From an uncultured Algimonas sp. (GTDB lineage: Bacteria > Pseudomonadota > Alphaproteobacteria > Caulobacterales > Maricaulaceae), in assembly GCA_964414555.1 (NCBI GenBank), contig CAYPWW010000003.1, positions 59 to 64,058 on the forward strand: a stretch of 64,000 nucleotides of DNA. Reading direction: 5' to 3'. Positions 35,634-45,345 of the stretch are shown here, in pieces (within the stretch, counting starts at the first letter, position 1; each line of letters starts with the position of its first letter). Below the pieces are notes generated by a model. The model worked only from the letters and a program-made list of their open reading frames with translations, did not search any database and was not told where the DNA came from. Position numbers and translations under genes: made by a program.

Positions 35634-36866
35634 ATGACGAAATTCCGTGACAGGGCGACGATCGGTGCCACCCAAGATTGGGTGAACGCGGCGCGTGACA
35701 ACCAACTGCCGCCGGACACAGACTGGCGTATCTGGCTGGTGCTGGGCGGTCGCGGGGCAGGGAAGACGCGAACAGGCGCAGAGTGGATCCGCGCGAAAGT
35801 CGCTGCGGGAGCTGAACATATCGCCTTGGTCGCGCCCACTTTAACAGATGCGCGAGAGGTCATGTTGGAGGGCGAAAGCGGGCTGCTCAATATCGGATAT
35901 CCGCGCGAACGTCCGCGCTTCATCGCCTCACGTCGACGTTTGGAATGGCCGGACGGGGCGGTTGGTCACATTTATACGGCGGAAGATCCGGATGGCCTGC
36001 GTGGACCGCAATTCGATGCAGCATGGGCGGATGAGTTTTGTGCTTGGACCTATCCAGAGGACACATTGTCTAACCTGAGATTGGCCTTACGCTTGGGCGC
36101 GCATCCGCGTTTGGTCGTGACGACAACACCGCGCCCCATCCCAGCGCTGCTCTCTTTGATGGAGGAGATCGGGGTCGCAGTTTCGCGCGCACGCACGCGC
36201 GAGAATACCGCCCATCTCTCGCCGAGTTTCTTGGCCGATATGGAAGCGAGTTATGGCGGCACGGCGCTTGGTCGGCAGGAACTCGACGGAGAGATCGTGA
36301 CGGAATTCCCGGGGGCGCTTTGGACGTTACAGGTTTTGGCGAAACAGCGTGTCGAGGCAACGCCTGACCTCGACCGGATATTGGTGGCGATTGACCCACC
36401 TGCCAGCTCTGGCCCAAAAGCAGATGCGTGCGGGATAATCGTTGCAGGCCGCGCTGGAGATCGCGCTTATGTATTGGCCGATGCCACAGTCCACCGGGCC
36501 CCGCCGCAGGACTGGGCGACCCGCGCGGTTGCGCTTTATCATCAATATAATGCCGACGCGCTGCTGGCCGAAACCAATCAGGGCGGAGAGATGATTGCGG
36601 CCGTCATCCACCAGATCGACCCGAATGTGAATATCCTCACCGTACATGCGACAAAGTCTAAAACGGCGAGAGCGGAGCCCGTCGCCAATCTTTATGTGCG
36701 GGAGCGTGTCTTTCATGTTGGGCGTTTTGATGCGCTGGAGTCCGAGTTAATCTTGATGGGGGTGCCCGGCCTTCGCCGTTCTCCGGACCGTGCGGATGCG
36801 CTCGTCTGGGCTGTGCATAGCCTGTTGCTGAAACAGACATATCAGCCGCGCGTGCGGGGGCTCTAG
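35634..36866 (+). CDS. GTA large terminase
   Basis: Walker A GGRGAGKT, LRGPQF, Walker B WADEF, nuclease VAIDPP...DACGI...SPDRADALVWA. Confidence 0.95.
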   Translation: MTKFRDRATIGATQDWVNAARDNQLPPDTDWRIWLVLGGRGAGKTRTGAEWIRAKVAAGAEHIALVAPTLTDAREVMLEGESGLLNIGYPRERPRFIASRRRLEWPDGAVGHIYTAEDPDGLRGPQFDAAWADEFCAWTYPEDTLSNLRLALRLGAHPRLVVTTTPRPIPALLSLMEEIGVAVSRARTRENTAHLSPSFLADMEASYGGTALGRQELDGEIVTEFPGALWTLQVLAKQRVEATPDLDRILVAIDPPASSGPKADACGIIVAGRAGDRAYVLADATVHRAPPQDWATRAVALYHQYNADALLAETNQGGEMIAAVIHQIDPNVNILTVHATKSKTARAEPVANLYVRERVFHVGRFDALESELILMGVPGLRRSPDRADALVWAVHSLLLKQTYQPRVRGL

Positions 36867-36897
36867 TCTACGCTGTTTGCCTGTGCGAGGGGACGGT

Positions 36898-37410
36898 ATG
36901 GAATATATGCTGCTCTTCGTTGCCGCCTTGGGACTGATCTTTTTCTTTGGGCGATCCAAGGCACCGTTTTCTGCGCCAGAGGTTTCACCGATTTCTGATC
37001 AAGCCCTTGAGGCGTTTGAAGTTGCGCCAAGCCTCTGGGTCAATATGCCTGAATTTGCGCTTTATCAGGCTCTGCTCGAAACACTGCCTGCCGGGTATTC
37101 GGTGCATGGCAAGGTCCGCTTGGAAGATATTATCCGCGTGAAACGTCACGTGAATCCAAAGCTGCGTTGGTCTTTGCGCGGGCGTGTCAAATCCCGCCAT
37201 GTAGACTATTTGATTATTGATCGGCACGGGCACCCAATGATGGCGATTGAGCTAGATGGAAGCAGCCATAATGCTCGTAATCCGTCAGAAGCGGATAAAG
37301 TCAAAACCGCCCTGTTTGCCGCCGTGGGCCTGCCACTGAACAGAATTCGCGTTGGCGAAGATTTTCGCCGTATTACCGCCGCAATCCTCTCCGAGTTAAA
37401 GGACTCTTAA
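36898..37410 (+). CDS. DUF2726 domain protein (membrane-anchored, PD-(D/E)XK-like)
   Basis: N-terminal TM; KVRLEDII, RHVDYLI, AIELDGSSH, DKVK...AVGLPLNR. Confidence 0.85.
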   Translation: MEYMLLFVAALGLIFFFGRSKAPFSAPEVSPISDQALEAFEVAPSLWVNMPEFALYQALLETLPAGYSVHGKVRLEDIIRVKRHVNPKLRWSLRGRVKSRHVDYLIIDRHGHPMMAIELDGSSHNARNPSEADKVKTALFAAVGLPLNRIRVGEDFRRITAAILSELKDS

Positions 37411-37453
37411 CCACGTTATAGTTGTGTAGGGACGCACAGCTTTTGGAGAAATC

Positions 37454-37891
37454 GTGCTCGGTCGTTTATCGAAAAAGTCCCGCCACGCGGCAAAATCTGC
37501 GTTGAAAGATACGGAGTCGAAGCTTGCCTTGCTGAAGCTTGAGCTCGCCGCACAGCAAGTGAGCTTGGCCCGTCAGACGGATGATCTTGCGCCGCTCTCG
37601 GCCGCGTCAGAGGCTTTGTTAGAAGCCCGCCGCCTGTTCACATTTGAGCTTTGCCCAAAAGAAGTCCTGACGGTTCAGCGCGCTCTCGCGGATACGCAAC
37701 TGCGTCTCGCCCGCGCCCACAAAGATAAAGCCGCGATCCGAACAGCGCGCGATTACTACCGATCTGCGATCACGCTCGCCTCTATGTTGGGCGAGGATGA
37801 GCAGCGCGAAGACATTCGTATCAATATGAAAATCGCGGAAAGCCTTCTGGGCCGCAGACCGCAAGCTACGTCCCTGTTTGACGCCGCGTAA
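37454..37891 (+). CDS. Hypothetical all-helical (TPR-like) protein
   Basis: GTG start follows a GGAG RBS. Amphipathic helices (ARDYYRSAITLA). No family recognised. Confidence 0.55.
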   Translation: MLGRLSKKSRHAAKSALKDTESKLALLKLELAAQQVSLARQTDDLAPLSAASEALLEARRLFTFELCPKEVLTVQRALADTQLRLARAHKDKAAIRTARDYYRSAITLASMLGEDEQREDIRINMKIAESLLGRRPQATSLFDAA

Positions 37892-38040
37892 ATCTGTTCT
37901 CTTTCAATGATTTGAGAGAAAAGTGCGGAGATAGATCCGCGCCCGTCCGGTTCCCCCTATAACCAGCTTATCGACGCAATTGTGTCCACGTGTTTTCGGA
38001 CCCAAGCGTCTCCCCGCTGTTTTCAACCGGACCCTCCATT

Positions 38041-39201
38041 ATGCTCAATCCTTTCCGACGCGCCGTTGCGTCGCCTTTACCCGTGCCCGAACAAAAGGCG
38101 GCACGTCCGCTCGTTGCGTTAGAACTGCGGCGTCAGGGGCAGGGCACGGCGCGGGACTTTGGCGCACTCTGCCGCGAAGGTTATGCGCGCAATCCGATTG
38201 CTTATCGCTGTGTTCGCTTGATCGCAGAGAGTGCCGCGTCGGTCCGGCTGCAGGCCAATGATCCAGATGTTTCGCGGGTCTTGTCGCGGGGCTTACCCGG
38301 ACAATCAGCCGTCGAAACCTTTGAGGCCTTTTACGGCTATCTTCAGGTCGGCGGGACGGCCTTTTTAGAAGCCGTCCTCTCGCCAGATTTGGATGGGGAT
38401 GAACGTCCGATCGCGGTGGTTGCGCATCGCCCGGACGGGTTTGCCATGGGAACAGATTCCAAGGGCCGTTCAACAGGTTGGGAGCAGACGCGAGACGATA
38501 AAACCCGACGGTTTCCGCGTGACCAACTGAGTGGACGTAGCGCGCTGCATAATATGCGCCTGTTTAATCCGGCAGATGATTGTGCCGGATTATCCCCGCT
38601 CTCTGCCGCTGCTCAGGCCGTTGATTTGCATAATCGCGGCGGGGCTTGGGCCAAGGCGCTGCTTGAAAATTCTGCGCGCCCTAGCGGGGCATTGATCGTC
38701 AATGCGCAAGGCGGGGATCGTTTGAGTGATGAGCAATTCGATCGGTTGAAGGCAGAGCTGGAAGGAAACTTCTCTGGCCCTAGTCGTGCTGGCCGTCCCA
38801 TGGTTTTGGAAGGCGGCCTCGATTGGAAATCCATGTCGCTCTCGCCCGCCGATATGGATTTCACCGCAACACGCCGCGAAGCCGCCCGCGATATTGCGCT
38901 GGCCTTTGGCGTGCCGCCGATGCTGCTGGGTATTCCAGGGGACAATACTTACGCGAATTACCGCGAGGCGAACCAAGCCTTCTGGCGTCAGACGATTATC
39001 CCACTGGTCGCGAAAACAGCAGCAGGTCTCCAAGACTGGATGGCCCCATTCTTTGGCGATGATCTACGGATTGCGCCGGATCTCGACCGCGTTCCAGCCT
39101 TGGCAGAAGAGCGCGCGATTCTCTGGAAACGTCTCTCCGATGCAAGCTTTGTGACAGAGGCGGAGGCTCGCGACATTGCTGGGTTGGAGGTCGCGCCATG
39201 A
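38041..39201 (+). CDS. HK97-family portal protein
   Basis: GYARNPIAYRCV, NSARPSGAL, VLEGGLDWK, AFGVPPMLLG.PGDNTYANYREA. The start is uncertain (38041 or 37990). Confidence 0.95.
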   Translation: MLNPFRRAVASPLPVPEQKAARPLVALELRRQGQGTARDFGALCREGYARNPIAYRCVRLIAESAASVRLQANDPDVSRVLSRGLPGQSAVETFEAFYGYLQVGGTAFLEAVLSPDLDGDERPIAVVAHRPDGFAMGTDSKGRSTGWEQTRDDKTRRFPRDQLSGRSALHNMRLFNPADDCAGLSPLSAAAQAVDLHNRGGAWAKALLENSARPSGALIVNAQGGDRLSDEQFDRLKAELEGNFSGPSRAGRPMVLEGGLDWKSMSLSPADMDFTATRREAARDIALAFGVPPMLLGIPGDNTYANYREANQAFWRQTIIPLVAKTAAGLQDWMAPFFGDDLRIAPDLDRVPALAEERAILWKRLSDASFVTEAEARDIAGLEVAP

Positions 39202-39455
39202 ACGACACGACCCTTATGAAAAGTCCGACGCAATTTGATCGGACGATCACCCTGGGCCTGATCTTGACGGTCCTGTTTCAAACAGCGGGCGGATTTATGT
39301 GGGCGGGTGCGGCCGCCGCGCGCCTGACCTCGCTAGAAGCTCAACTGGCCCATCATCCTGATATTTCAGAGCGTCTAGCGCGCTTGGAGGGCAAATCCAC
39401 GCAAATGGCGCAAAGCCTCTCGCGCATTGAACGGGAGCTGATCCGTGAAAACTGA
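39198..39455 (+). CDS. Small GTA protein with one TM segment and a coiled coil
   Basis: TITLGLILTVLFQTAGGFMWAG followed by a heptad region (RLARLE...LSRIE). Overlaps portal and protease. Confidence 0.7.
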   Translation: MNDTTLMKSPTQFDRTITLGLILTVLFQTAGGFMWAGAAAARLTSLEAQLAHHPDISERLARLEGKSTQMAQSLSRIERELIREN

Positions 39456-39897
39456 ATTGCATATTTCTGGCTATGCCAGCCTGTTCGGCGAGACCGACCT
39501 CATGGGCGATACCGTCGCCCGCGGGGCTTTTGCCGCGTCGCTTCTCTCACGTGTGGAAAAGCTTCCCATGCTGTCGGGTCACCAAACAGATCAACCGATT
39601 GGCGTCTGGGACCGCGTTGTCGAGGACGCGCGCGGCTTGTTTGTTTCGGGCCGGATTTTGTTAGGCTCAGAGCTCGCGGATACGACCGCACGGCTGATCC
39701 AAGAGGGCGCGATCAGTGGCCTGTCCATTGGATACCGAACCCGGCGAAAAACCCCGAAGGCTCGCGGCCGACAGCTTACAGAAATTGATCTTTGGGAGGT
39801 GTCTGTCGTCGCCTTCCCGATGCAGCGCACTGCGCGAATTACCCACATTGGCGACGCCTCACACTCCTCACCTCAACTTGCAAGGACTCCTGCATGA
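39445..39897 (+). CDS. HK97-family prohead protease
   Basis: ISGYASLF, MLSGH, GLSIGY, LWEVSVVAFP. Confidence 0.92.
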   Translation: MKTELHISGYASLFGETDLMGDTVARGAFAASLLSRVEKLPMLSGHQTDQPIGVWDRVVEDARGLFVSGRILLGSELADTTARLIQEGAISGLSIGYRTRRKTPKARGRQLTEIDLWEVSVVAFPMQRTARITHIGDASHSSPQLARTPA

Positions 39898-41048
39898 CGA
39901 CCGAATTGGAAACAAAAATGACCCCTGAATTGAAAACGGCCCAAGCCGACTTTGCCGCAACCTTTGCGGCGTTTCGTGACGCAAATGACGCGCGTCTGAC
40001 TGAAATCGAAGCTAAATCTGCCGCTGACCCGCTACTCGGCCAACAGGTCGAACGGTTGAACGCGGCGTTGGACGCGCAAACGCGCCGTATCGAAACGTTG
40101 ACGCTCTCCGGTGTGCGTGGCGGCGGCGCAATTGCTGCGCCCGCTGAAGCCAAATCCGCTTGGTCGTCTTTCATCCGCACGGGTGACGCGACGGCGCTGG
40201 AAGGCAAGTCGCTTGCCTCGATGGACGGTGAGGGCGGCATGATCGCCCCGATCGAAACAGAGACGCGCATTGATGCTGTTCTAGCCGAGACCTCGCCCAT
40301 GCGTGGCCTGGCGACAGTCCGCACAATCGGCGCCTGTGCCTTCCGCAAGCCCGTCTCTATGGCCGGCGCCAGTGCTGGCTGGACAGGCATTGCCGCTGCC
40401 ATCGACGCCGACGCACCACAGCTCGAACTGCTCGATTTCCCAACGGATGAGCTTTACGCCATGCCGGCCGCGACGCAGGCCCTGCTGGATGACAGCGTAG
40501 CCGACGTCGATGCGTGGCTGGCCGACGAAGTGCGCGATGTCTTCTCAGCACAAGAAACGGCCGCCTTCGTCAGTGGCGACGGTGTGGACAAGCCCAAAGG
40601 CTTCCTGACCTATGGCCTCGATCAGATCGACACAGGCACAGCCGGTGAGATCAATACCGATGATCTGATTGACCTGATCTATGCGCCGGAGTCCCGATAT
40701 CGTACGGGAGCGAGCTTTGTCATGAACCGCCGCACGATCAACAGCGTGCGCAAGTTCAAGGACGCAGATGGTAATTACATCTGGCAGCCCTCTATCGCGT
40801 CCGGCACGCCGTCGACCTTGCTGGGCTATCCTTTGGTCGAGATGGAAGAGATGCCCGACATTGCGAGCGGTAACGCCTGCGTTGCTTTTGGTGACTTCCG
40901 TCGCGGTTATCTGATTGCCGACCGTCAGGGCGTGCGGGTCTTGCGCGATCCGTATTCTGCCAAGCCTTACGTGCTGTTCTACACGACGAAACGTGTGGGC
41001 GGTGGCGTTCAAGATGTGGACGCGATCAAGCTGCTCGCCGCTGTCTAA
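39894..41048 (+). CDS. Major capsid protein (HK97 fold)
   Basis: ELYAMPAATQALLDD, GDGVDKPKG, KFKDADGNYIWQP, FGDFRRGY, LRDPYSAKPYVLFYTTKRVGG. Start ATG 39894. Confidence 0.96.
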   Translation: MTTELETKMTPELKTAQADFAATFAAFRDANDARLTEIEAKSAADPLLGQQVERLNAALDAQTRRIETLTLSGVRGGGAIAAPAEAKSAWSSFIRTGDATALEGKSLASMDGEGGMIAPIETETRIDAVLAETSPMRGLATVRTIGACAFRKPVSMAGASAGWTGIAAAIDADAPQLELLDFPTDELYAMPAATQALLDDSVADVDAWLADEVRDVFSAQETAAFVSGDGVDKPKGFLTYGLDQIDTGTAGEINTDDLIDLIYAPESRYRTGASFVMNRRTINSVRKFKDADGNYIWQPSIASGTPSTLLGYPLVEMEEMPDIASGNACVAFGDFRRGYLIADRQGVRVLRDPYSAKPYVLFYTTKRVGGGVQDVDAIKLLAAV

Positions 41049-41073
41049 ACCGACACCACTCAACTGCTTTTCG

Positions 41074-41102
41074 AAGCCCGCCATCCGGCGGGCTTTTTTA
41101 TT
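41074..41102 (+). terminator. Intrinsic terminator between the capsid and head-completion/tail genes
   Basis: AAGCCCGCC-ATCC-GGCGGGCTT-TTTT. Confidence 0.85.
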
Positions 41103-41122
41103 TCCACTTAGCTGAGGCTCCC

Positions 41123-41629
41123 ATGACATTGACTGATCTTGCCCCGCCGCCGTCGGGAGCCGTATCGCTGGCTGCGGCAAAGACATTTCTGCGCGTCGAT
41201 ACCGATACGGAAGATGCGCTGATCTTAGAGCTGATCGCGACGGCGGCAGCCTATATCGAAAACCTCTGCGCGCTCTCCCTCATCACGCGCGCGCAAAGCT
41301 TGCGCCGCCCAGTCGAAGCCGGGACCGTGCGCCTGCATCGCTATCCCGTGACCTCGATTGAGGCCATTCGCTTGGACGGCACAGCTATTGATAGCGCGGC
41401 AAATTTGCGCGCGCGTCCAGTCACCGTGACAATCCCGCGATCTGGCGTCGTTGAGATCGATTTTACGGCCGGCTTCGGCACGGATCCTGCGGATATTCCG
41501 ACACCATTACGCCAAGCCCTCTTGCTTCTCGTGGCGCATCTTTATGAGCATCGCGGCGATAGCGCCGCGCCGCCCATCCCGATGATGGTAGATGCACTGG
41601 TAGCACCCTATCGGGGGCTGCGACTATGA
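41123..41629 (+). CDS. Head-tail connector (adaptor, gp6/gp15-like)
   Basis: VSLAAAKTFLRVD...EDALI, FTAGFG...PTPLRQALLLLVAHLYEHR. Confidence 0.9.
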   Translation: MTLTDLAPPPSGAVSLAAAKTFLRVDTDTEDALILELIATAAAYIENLCALSLITRAQSLRRPVEAGTVRLHRYPVTSIEAIRLDGTAIDSAANLRARPVTVTIPRSGVVEIDFTAGFGTDPADIPTPLRQALLLLVAHLYEHRGDSAAPPIPMMVDALVAPYRGLRL

Positions 41630-41943
41630 TCGGGCGGTTACGGACCCGACTGGGCCTCTATACGCCGTCAGTTGTCGCCGATGATCTGGGTGGGACTGTC
41701 ACGACCTGGGCGTTCCAGCGTAAACTCTGGGCGGCGATCCAGCCCAAGACGATCTCTGAAGTGCGTGAGAACGGGCGCTTGGCCGTCACGCAGAGCTACC
41801 GCGTCGTCATTCGTTATGACCCGCATTTTCCCGAACGTGCGCGCCTCATCTGGGGCAGCCGAATTTTACGCGTCATCGCCGCCAGCGACCCCGACACGCG
41901 GGGTGAGCGTTTGCATCTGATCTGTGAGGAGGAACACCAGTGA
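41626..41943 (+). CDS. Head closure protein (stopper)
   Basis: IGRLRTRL, DDLGG, LWAAI, DPDTRGERLHLICEE. Confidence 0.88.
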   Translation: MIGRLRTRLGLYTPSVVADDLGGTVTTWAFQRKLWAAIQPKTISEVRENGRLAVTQSYRVVIRYDPHFPERARLIWGSRILRVIAASDPDTRGERLHLICEEEHQ

Positions 41944-42377
41944 GTATCACCGAACAGGCCGAAGCGCTCGCGCTCGCTGTCCACGCTGTCTTGGCCGAGG
42001 ATATCGGCATCAACGACGCGCTGGGCGGTAATGGCACGCCGCCGCGCCTCTATGACGCCGCGCCCGAAGATCCGATCTTCCCCTATCTCACCTATGGCGC
42101 GATGCGGTCCGAGGATATTGGCGCGGATGACACCCCCATGGCCGTGCATCAGATGACCTTGCATGTGTGGTCCCGCTATTCAGGACGCGCGGAAGTGCTG
42201 GGCCTGCTCACGCGAGTGGGGGCGGCGCTAAAGGCGGAACGCCTCAGTGATACCGGACATATCGCCGTGCGCAGTGCCAACCCCGTTTACTCCGATGTCT
42301 TACGCGCCGCTGACGGCCGCACCCAGCACGGCTTGTTGCGCATCTCATTCACCACACAAATTGGAGGCGCAGCATGA
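41940..42377 (+). CDS. Tail terminator (DUF3168)
   Basis: LYDAAP, FPYLTYG, HQMTLHVWS, DGRTQHG. Confidence 0.88.
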   Translation: MSITEQAEALALAVHAVLAEDIGINDALGGNGTPPRLYDAAPEDPIFPYLTYGAMRSEDIGADDTPMAVHQMTLHVWSRYSGRAEVLGLLTRVGAALKAERLSDTGHIAVRSANPVYSDVLRAADGRTQHGLLRISFTTQIGGAA

Positions 42378-42781
42378 GCGCACAACAGGGCAGCCAAATG
42401 CTGCTGAAAATCGAACGTGACGGCGTTTTTACGACCGTCGCGGGATTGCGGACCAAATCTCTGCGCCTGAATGCCAAGCCCGTCGATGTGACCGATACGG
42501 GCTCGGGCGGCTGGAAAGAGCTTTTGCCGGGGGCAGGCATCCGCACGGCGGAAATCTCTGGCACAGGGGTGTTTCGCGATGCGGCATCAGATGCCAGCGT
42601 GCGAGAGGCGTTTTTCGCACAATCTGCCCAGACGTGCCAGTTTGTCATTCCTGATTTTGGAACCATCATGGGCGCGTTTCATATCACGAGCCTATCCTAT
42701 GCCGGCAGCTATAATGGCGAGGCGCAGTTTGAGCTAACCCTCTCGAGCGCTGGCGTGCCGGTCTTCGCTGCCACGCAATGA
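42374..42781 (+). CDS. Major tail tube protein (TP901-1 family)
   Basis: AGLRTKSLRLNA..VDVT, ISGTGVF, PDFGTIMGAF, YNGEA.FELTLSSAG. Confidence 0.92.
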   Translation: MSAQQGSQMLLKIERDGVFTTVAGLRTKSLRLNAKPVDVTDTGSGGWKELLPGAGIRTAEISGTGVFRDAASDASVREAFFAQSAQTCQFVIPDFGTIMGAFHITSLSYAGSYNGEAQFELTLSSAGVPVFAATQ

Positions 42782-43044
42782 GCCCGCATATAAAACGCGT
42801 ACAAGTGGCGGGCGTCCCGACGGCGCTCAGGCTGACGGTCGGGGGATTGGCGGAAATCGCGAAACAGCTGGCGTGTGAAAGCCCAAGCGAACTGTCTGCG
42901 CGATTACGGAAAGCGCACACAGCGGATTGGAATGACGTCTTATCGGCTCTCGCAACGCCGCGCCTAGAGGGGCAGCTGTCAGAAGAAAACATCGCGGAAC
43001 TGCTACCTGAAATCAGCGCGCTGATCGTCGAGGCCTTGGCATGA
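42778..43044 (+). CDS. Tail assembly chaperone (GTA gp10-like)
   Basis: LRLTVGGLAEI; positioned after the tube gene. Confidence 0.75.
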   Translation: MSPHIKRVQVAGVPTALRLTVGGLAEIAKQLACESPSELSARLRKAHTADWNDVLSALATPRLEGQLSEENIAELLPEISALIVEALA

Positions 43045-43235
43045 GCTGGCCGTTTGAGAGCTGGCTGCAAATCGCCGTGCGGCGTTTTGGGATGAGTCCT
43101 GCGAATTTCTGGAACACCGATTTGCGCGACTGGCTCGTGCTGATGGAAACGACCCGTGTGGCCGGATGCGGGCAGACGGAATTGGGTGCGCTCATGGCGG
43201 CGTATCCGGATGAAGGATCTGAACATGCAGAGTGA
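43041..43235 (+). CDS. Phage tail assembly chaperone 2
   Basis: GMSPANFW...LGALMAAYPD. Confidence 0.8.
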   Translation: MSWPFESWLQIAVRRFGMSPANFWNTDLRDWLVLMETTRVAGCGQTELGALMAAYPDEGSEHAE

Positions 43236-43644
43236 GAATACACTGACAGAGGCCGCACGCGATGCGCTGGAGGGCTTTGCCAATGGCCCCGCCAGCCAGG
43301 CAGCCGATGACGTCGCCCGCGCCTTTGAACAGGCGGGCGATCGGATCGCGAATAGTTTGGAAAAAGCCGCGCAGACAGGTGAGTTTTCGTTCAATGCCTT
43401 GGCCGAAAGCATCACGCGTGACTTTGCGAAATTGGCAATTGATCAATTAATTACGGCGCCTTTGGAAGGGTTTGTTGGCTCTCTGACTGGGGCAATCACA
43501 GGCGCTCTGGGTGGTGCATCCGGACGCAATACTGTGACCGTGAACGTGTCCGGTGCAGCACAGGCGACAGGCTCTGGTGCGCAACCTTCGCAACGTCAAA
43601 TGGCCAATCGGATCGCATCCGTTGTGGCCCGATCGGGAGGATAA
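43225..43644 (+). CDS. Very short tail tape measure protein (139 aa)
   Basis: AFEQAGDRIANSLEKAAQTGEFSFNALA and VTVNVS...SQRQMA resemble GTA TMP. Start ATG 43225 overlaps the previous gene. Confidence 0.75.
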   Translation: MQSENTLTEAARDALEGFANGPASQAADDVARAFEQAGDRIANSLEKAAQTGEFSFNALAESITRDFAKLAIDQLITAPLEGFVGSLTGAITGALGGASGRNTVTVNVSGAAQATGSGAQPSQRQMANRIASVVARSGG

Positions 43645-43647
43645 AGG

Positions 43648-44268
43648 ATGACAGATTTTCACGATATACGCTTCCCGACACGCCTCGCTTTTGGTGCGAG
43701 TGGTGGACCTGTGCGGCGCACGGATATTCTCCAACTCGCCAGTGGTGGCGAAGCGAGAAACACGCCCCATGCTTTTTCTCGACGGAGATATAACGCGGTC
43801 AGTGGGTTAAAGTCACAGGCGGAGGCTTCTGAACTTATTGCATTTTTTGAATCTAGATTGGGCGCATTACATGCGTTCCGATTTCGGGATCCACTAGATC
43901 ACGCGACGGCTGAGAGCGTTAGCGCAACGGATGTCTTACTCGGGCTCGGCGATGGAGAGCGGACAGTTTTCCAACTCGCGAAAGCCTATGGGGCGGAACC
44001 CTATGTCCAGATGCGCCCACTGACGAAACCCGTAGTGGGGACCGTTCGCGTGGCCGTCGATGCCGTCGAAATTGACGTCGCAATTAATTACCTCACAGGA
44101 GAAATCACTTTTGAGACACCACCCTCAACGGGCGCAAGGGTCACGGCTGGATGCAAGTTTGATGTGCCGGTTCGCTTCGCGATGGATCATCTCGACATTG
44201 TCTTAAGCGACTTCGCGGCCACACGTATCGACGACATTCCTCTGATCGAGGTCTTGGATCATGTCTGA
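43648..44268 (+). CDS. Distal tail protein (DUF2460/TIGR02217)
   Basis: FHDIRFP...GGP, FRFRDPLD, TAGCKFDVPVRF. Confidence 0.92.
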   Translation: MTDFHDIRFPTRLAFGASGGPVRRTDILQLASGGEARNTPHAFSRRRYNAVSGLKSQAEASELIAFFESRLGALHAFRFRDPLDHATAESVSATDVLLGLGDGERTVFQLAKAYGAEPYVQMRPLTKPVVGTVRVAVDAVEIDVAINYLTGEITFETPPSTGARVTAGCKFDVPVRFAMDHLDIVLSDFAATRIDDIPLIEVLDHV

Positions 44269-44887
44269 GGTCTCAACCCGCTGTACGCTCTGGCAGCTCC
44301 GACTCGGCGATGGCCAAACTTATGGCCTCACGGATCATGATAGGCCTCTTGTGATTACCGACGTCACCTATTCTCCGCAGGCGAGTTTCACGGCGTCCGC
44401 GGCGGAACATCAAACAGGTTTCGATAGTGATAGCGGAACCCTCCAAACCGTTTTTGACGTCGTGGGTTTAGATGCGCAATCCATTGCTGACGGCGTATTG
44501 GACGACGCGCGCCTCGTGCAATTTTCTTACGACTGGCAGAGTGGCGAGGCACCGACCCGACTGAGCGAAGGACGGATTAGTGATGTGCGCGCTCAAGGTG
44601 ACGGGTTTGAGGCGGAATGGCTCGGGCTCGCCAGTCTGCTAGACCGTTCGCATGGCCGTGTGTTTTCGCGCCAATGTGACGCGAGCTTTTGTGATAGCCG
44701 CTGCGGTTTGAACCGCGCGGATTATCCGACTGAGACGGATTGCCCGCGCAGTTTTACCGCCTGCCGTGATATATTTGCCAATACGGAGAATTTTCGGGGC
44801 TTTCCTTACCTGCTCGGGGACGACGCGCTCCAAGCCGGGCCGATTGACAGTGATCGTCGGGATGGCAGCTCGCGCTATCGATTATGA
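44261..44887 (+). CDS. Baseplate hub protein (DUF2163), shortened
   Basis: GLTDHDRPL, QCDASFCDSRC...CPRSFTAC, NFRGFPYLLGDD. Confidence 0.85.
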   Translation: MSEVSTRCTLWQLRLGDGQTYGLTDHDRPLVITDVTYSPQASFTASAAEHQTGFDSDSGTLQTVFDVVGLDAQSIADGVLDDARLVQFSYDWQSGEAPTRLSEGRISDVRAQGDGFEAEWLGLASLLDRSHGRVFSRQCDASFCDSRCGLNRADYPTETDCPRSFTACRDIFANTENFRGFPYLLGDDALQAGPIDSDRRDGSSRYRL

Positions 44888-45345
44888 GTGATTCAGAGAC
44901 TCGGGTGGCTGTGCTGTCATGCTGCAAAGACTGGATCGACACGCCCTATCGTCATCAGGCGAGTGCGCGCGGTGCTGGCACAGATTGCTTGGGCTTGATC
45001 AGGGGCATTTGGCGCACACTTTATGGTGCCGAGCCTGAGACACCGCCAGCCTATACGCCAGATTGGTCGGATGCCTCCGGCGATGAAGCCTTGCTCGGCG
45101 CGGCGCGGCGCTGGCTCAAACCAATTACAAATGCTGCGATACAGCCGGGCGATGTCATGCTGTTTCGCATGTCCCCGGGCGTGCCATGCAAACACATTGG
45201 GGTTCTGACCGACACGCATATTCTGACTCATGCCTATTGGGGGCGCGCCGTCGTTGAGAGCGCACTTGTGCCCTATTGGCGCCGTCGCTGGGTCCACAGT
45301 TTCGCCTTTCCACCCCTGACACCCTTCGCGGAGACACCATCATGA
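44884..45345 (+). CDS. NlpC/P60 cell-wall peptidase of the tail
   Basis: WIDTPYRHQAS..GAGTDCLGLIRG, CKHIG, HAYWG. Confidence 0.93.
   Translation: MSDSETRVAVLSCCKDWIDTPYRHQASARGAGTDCLGLIRGIWRTLYGAEPETPPAYTPDWSDASGDEALLGAARRWLKPITNAAIQPGDVMLFRMSPGVPCKHIGVLTDTHILTHAYWGRAVVESALVPYWRRRWVHSFAFPPLTPFAETPS

Noticed and set aside
43020-43060. Programmed -1 frameshift between the two tail chaperones
   Set aside because: No XXXYYYZ slippery heptamer at the junction. The second gene has its own ATG overlapping the first stop.
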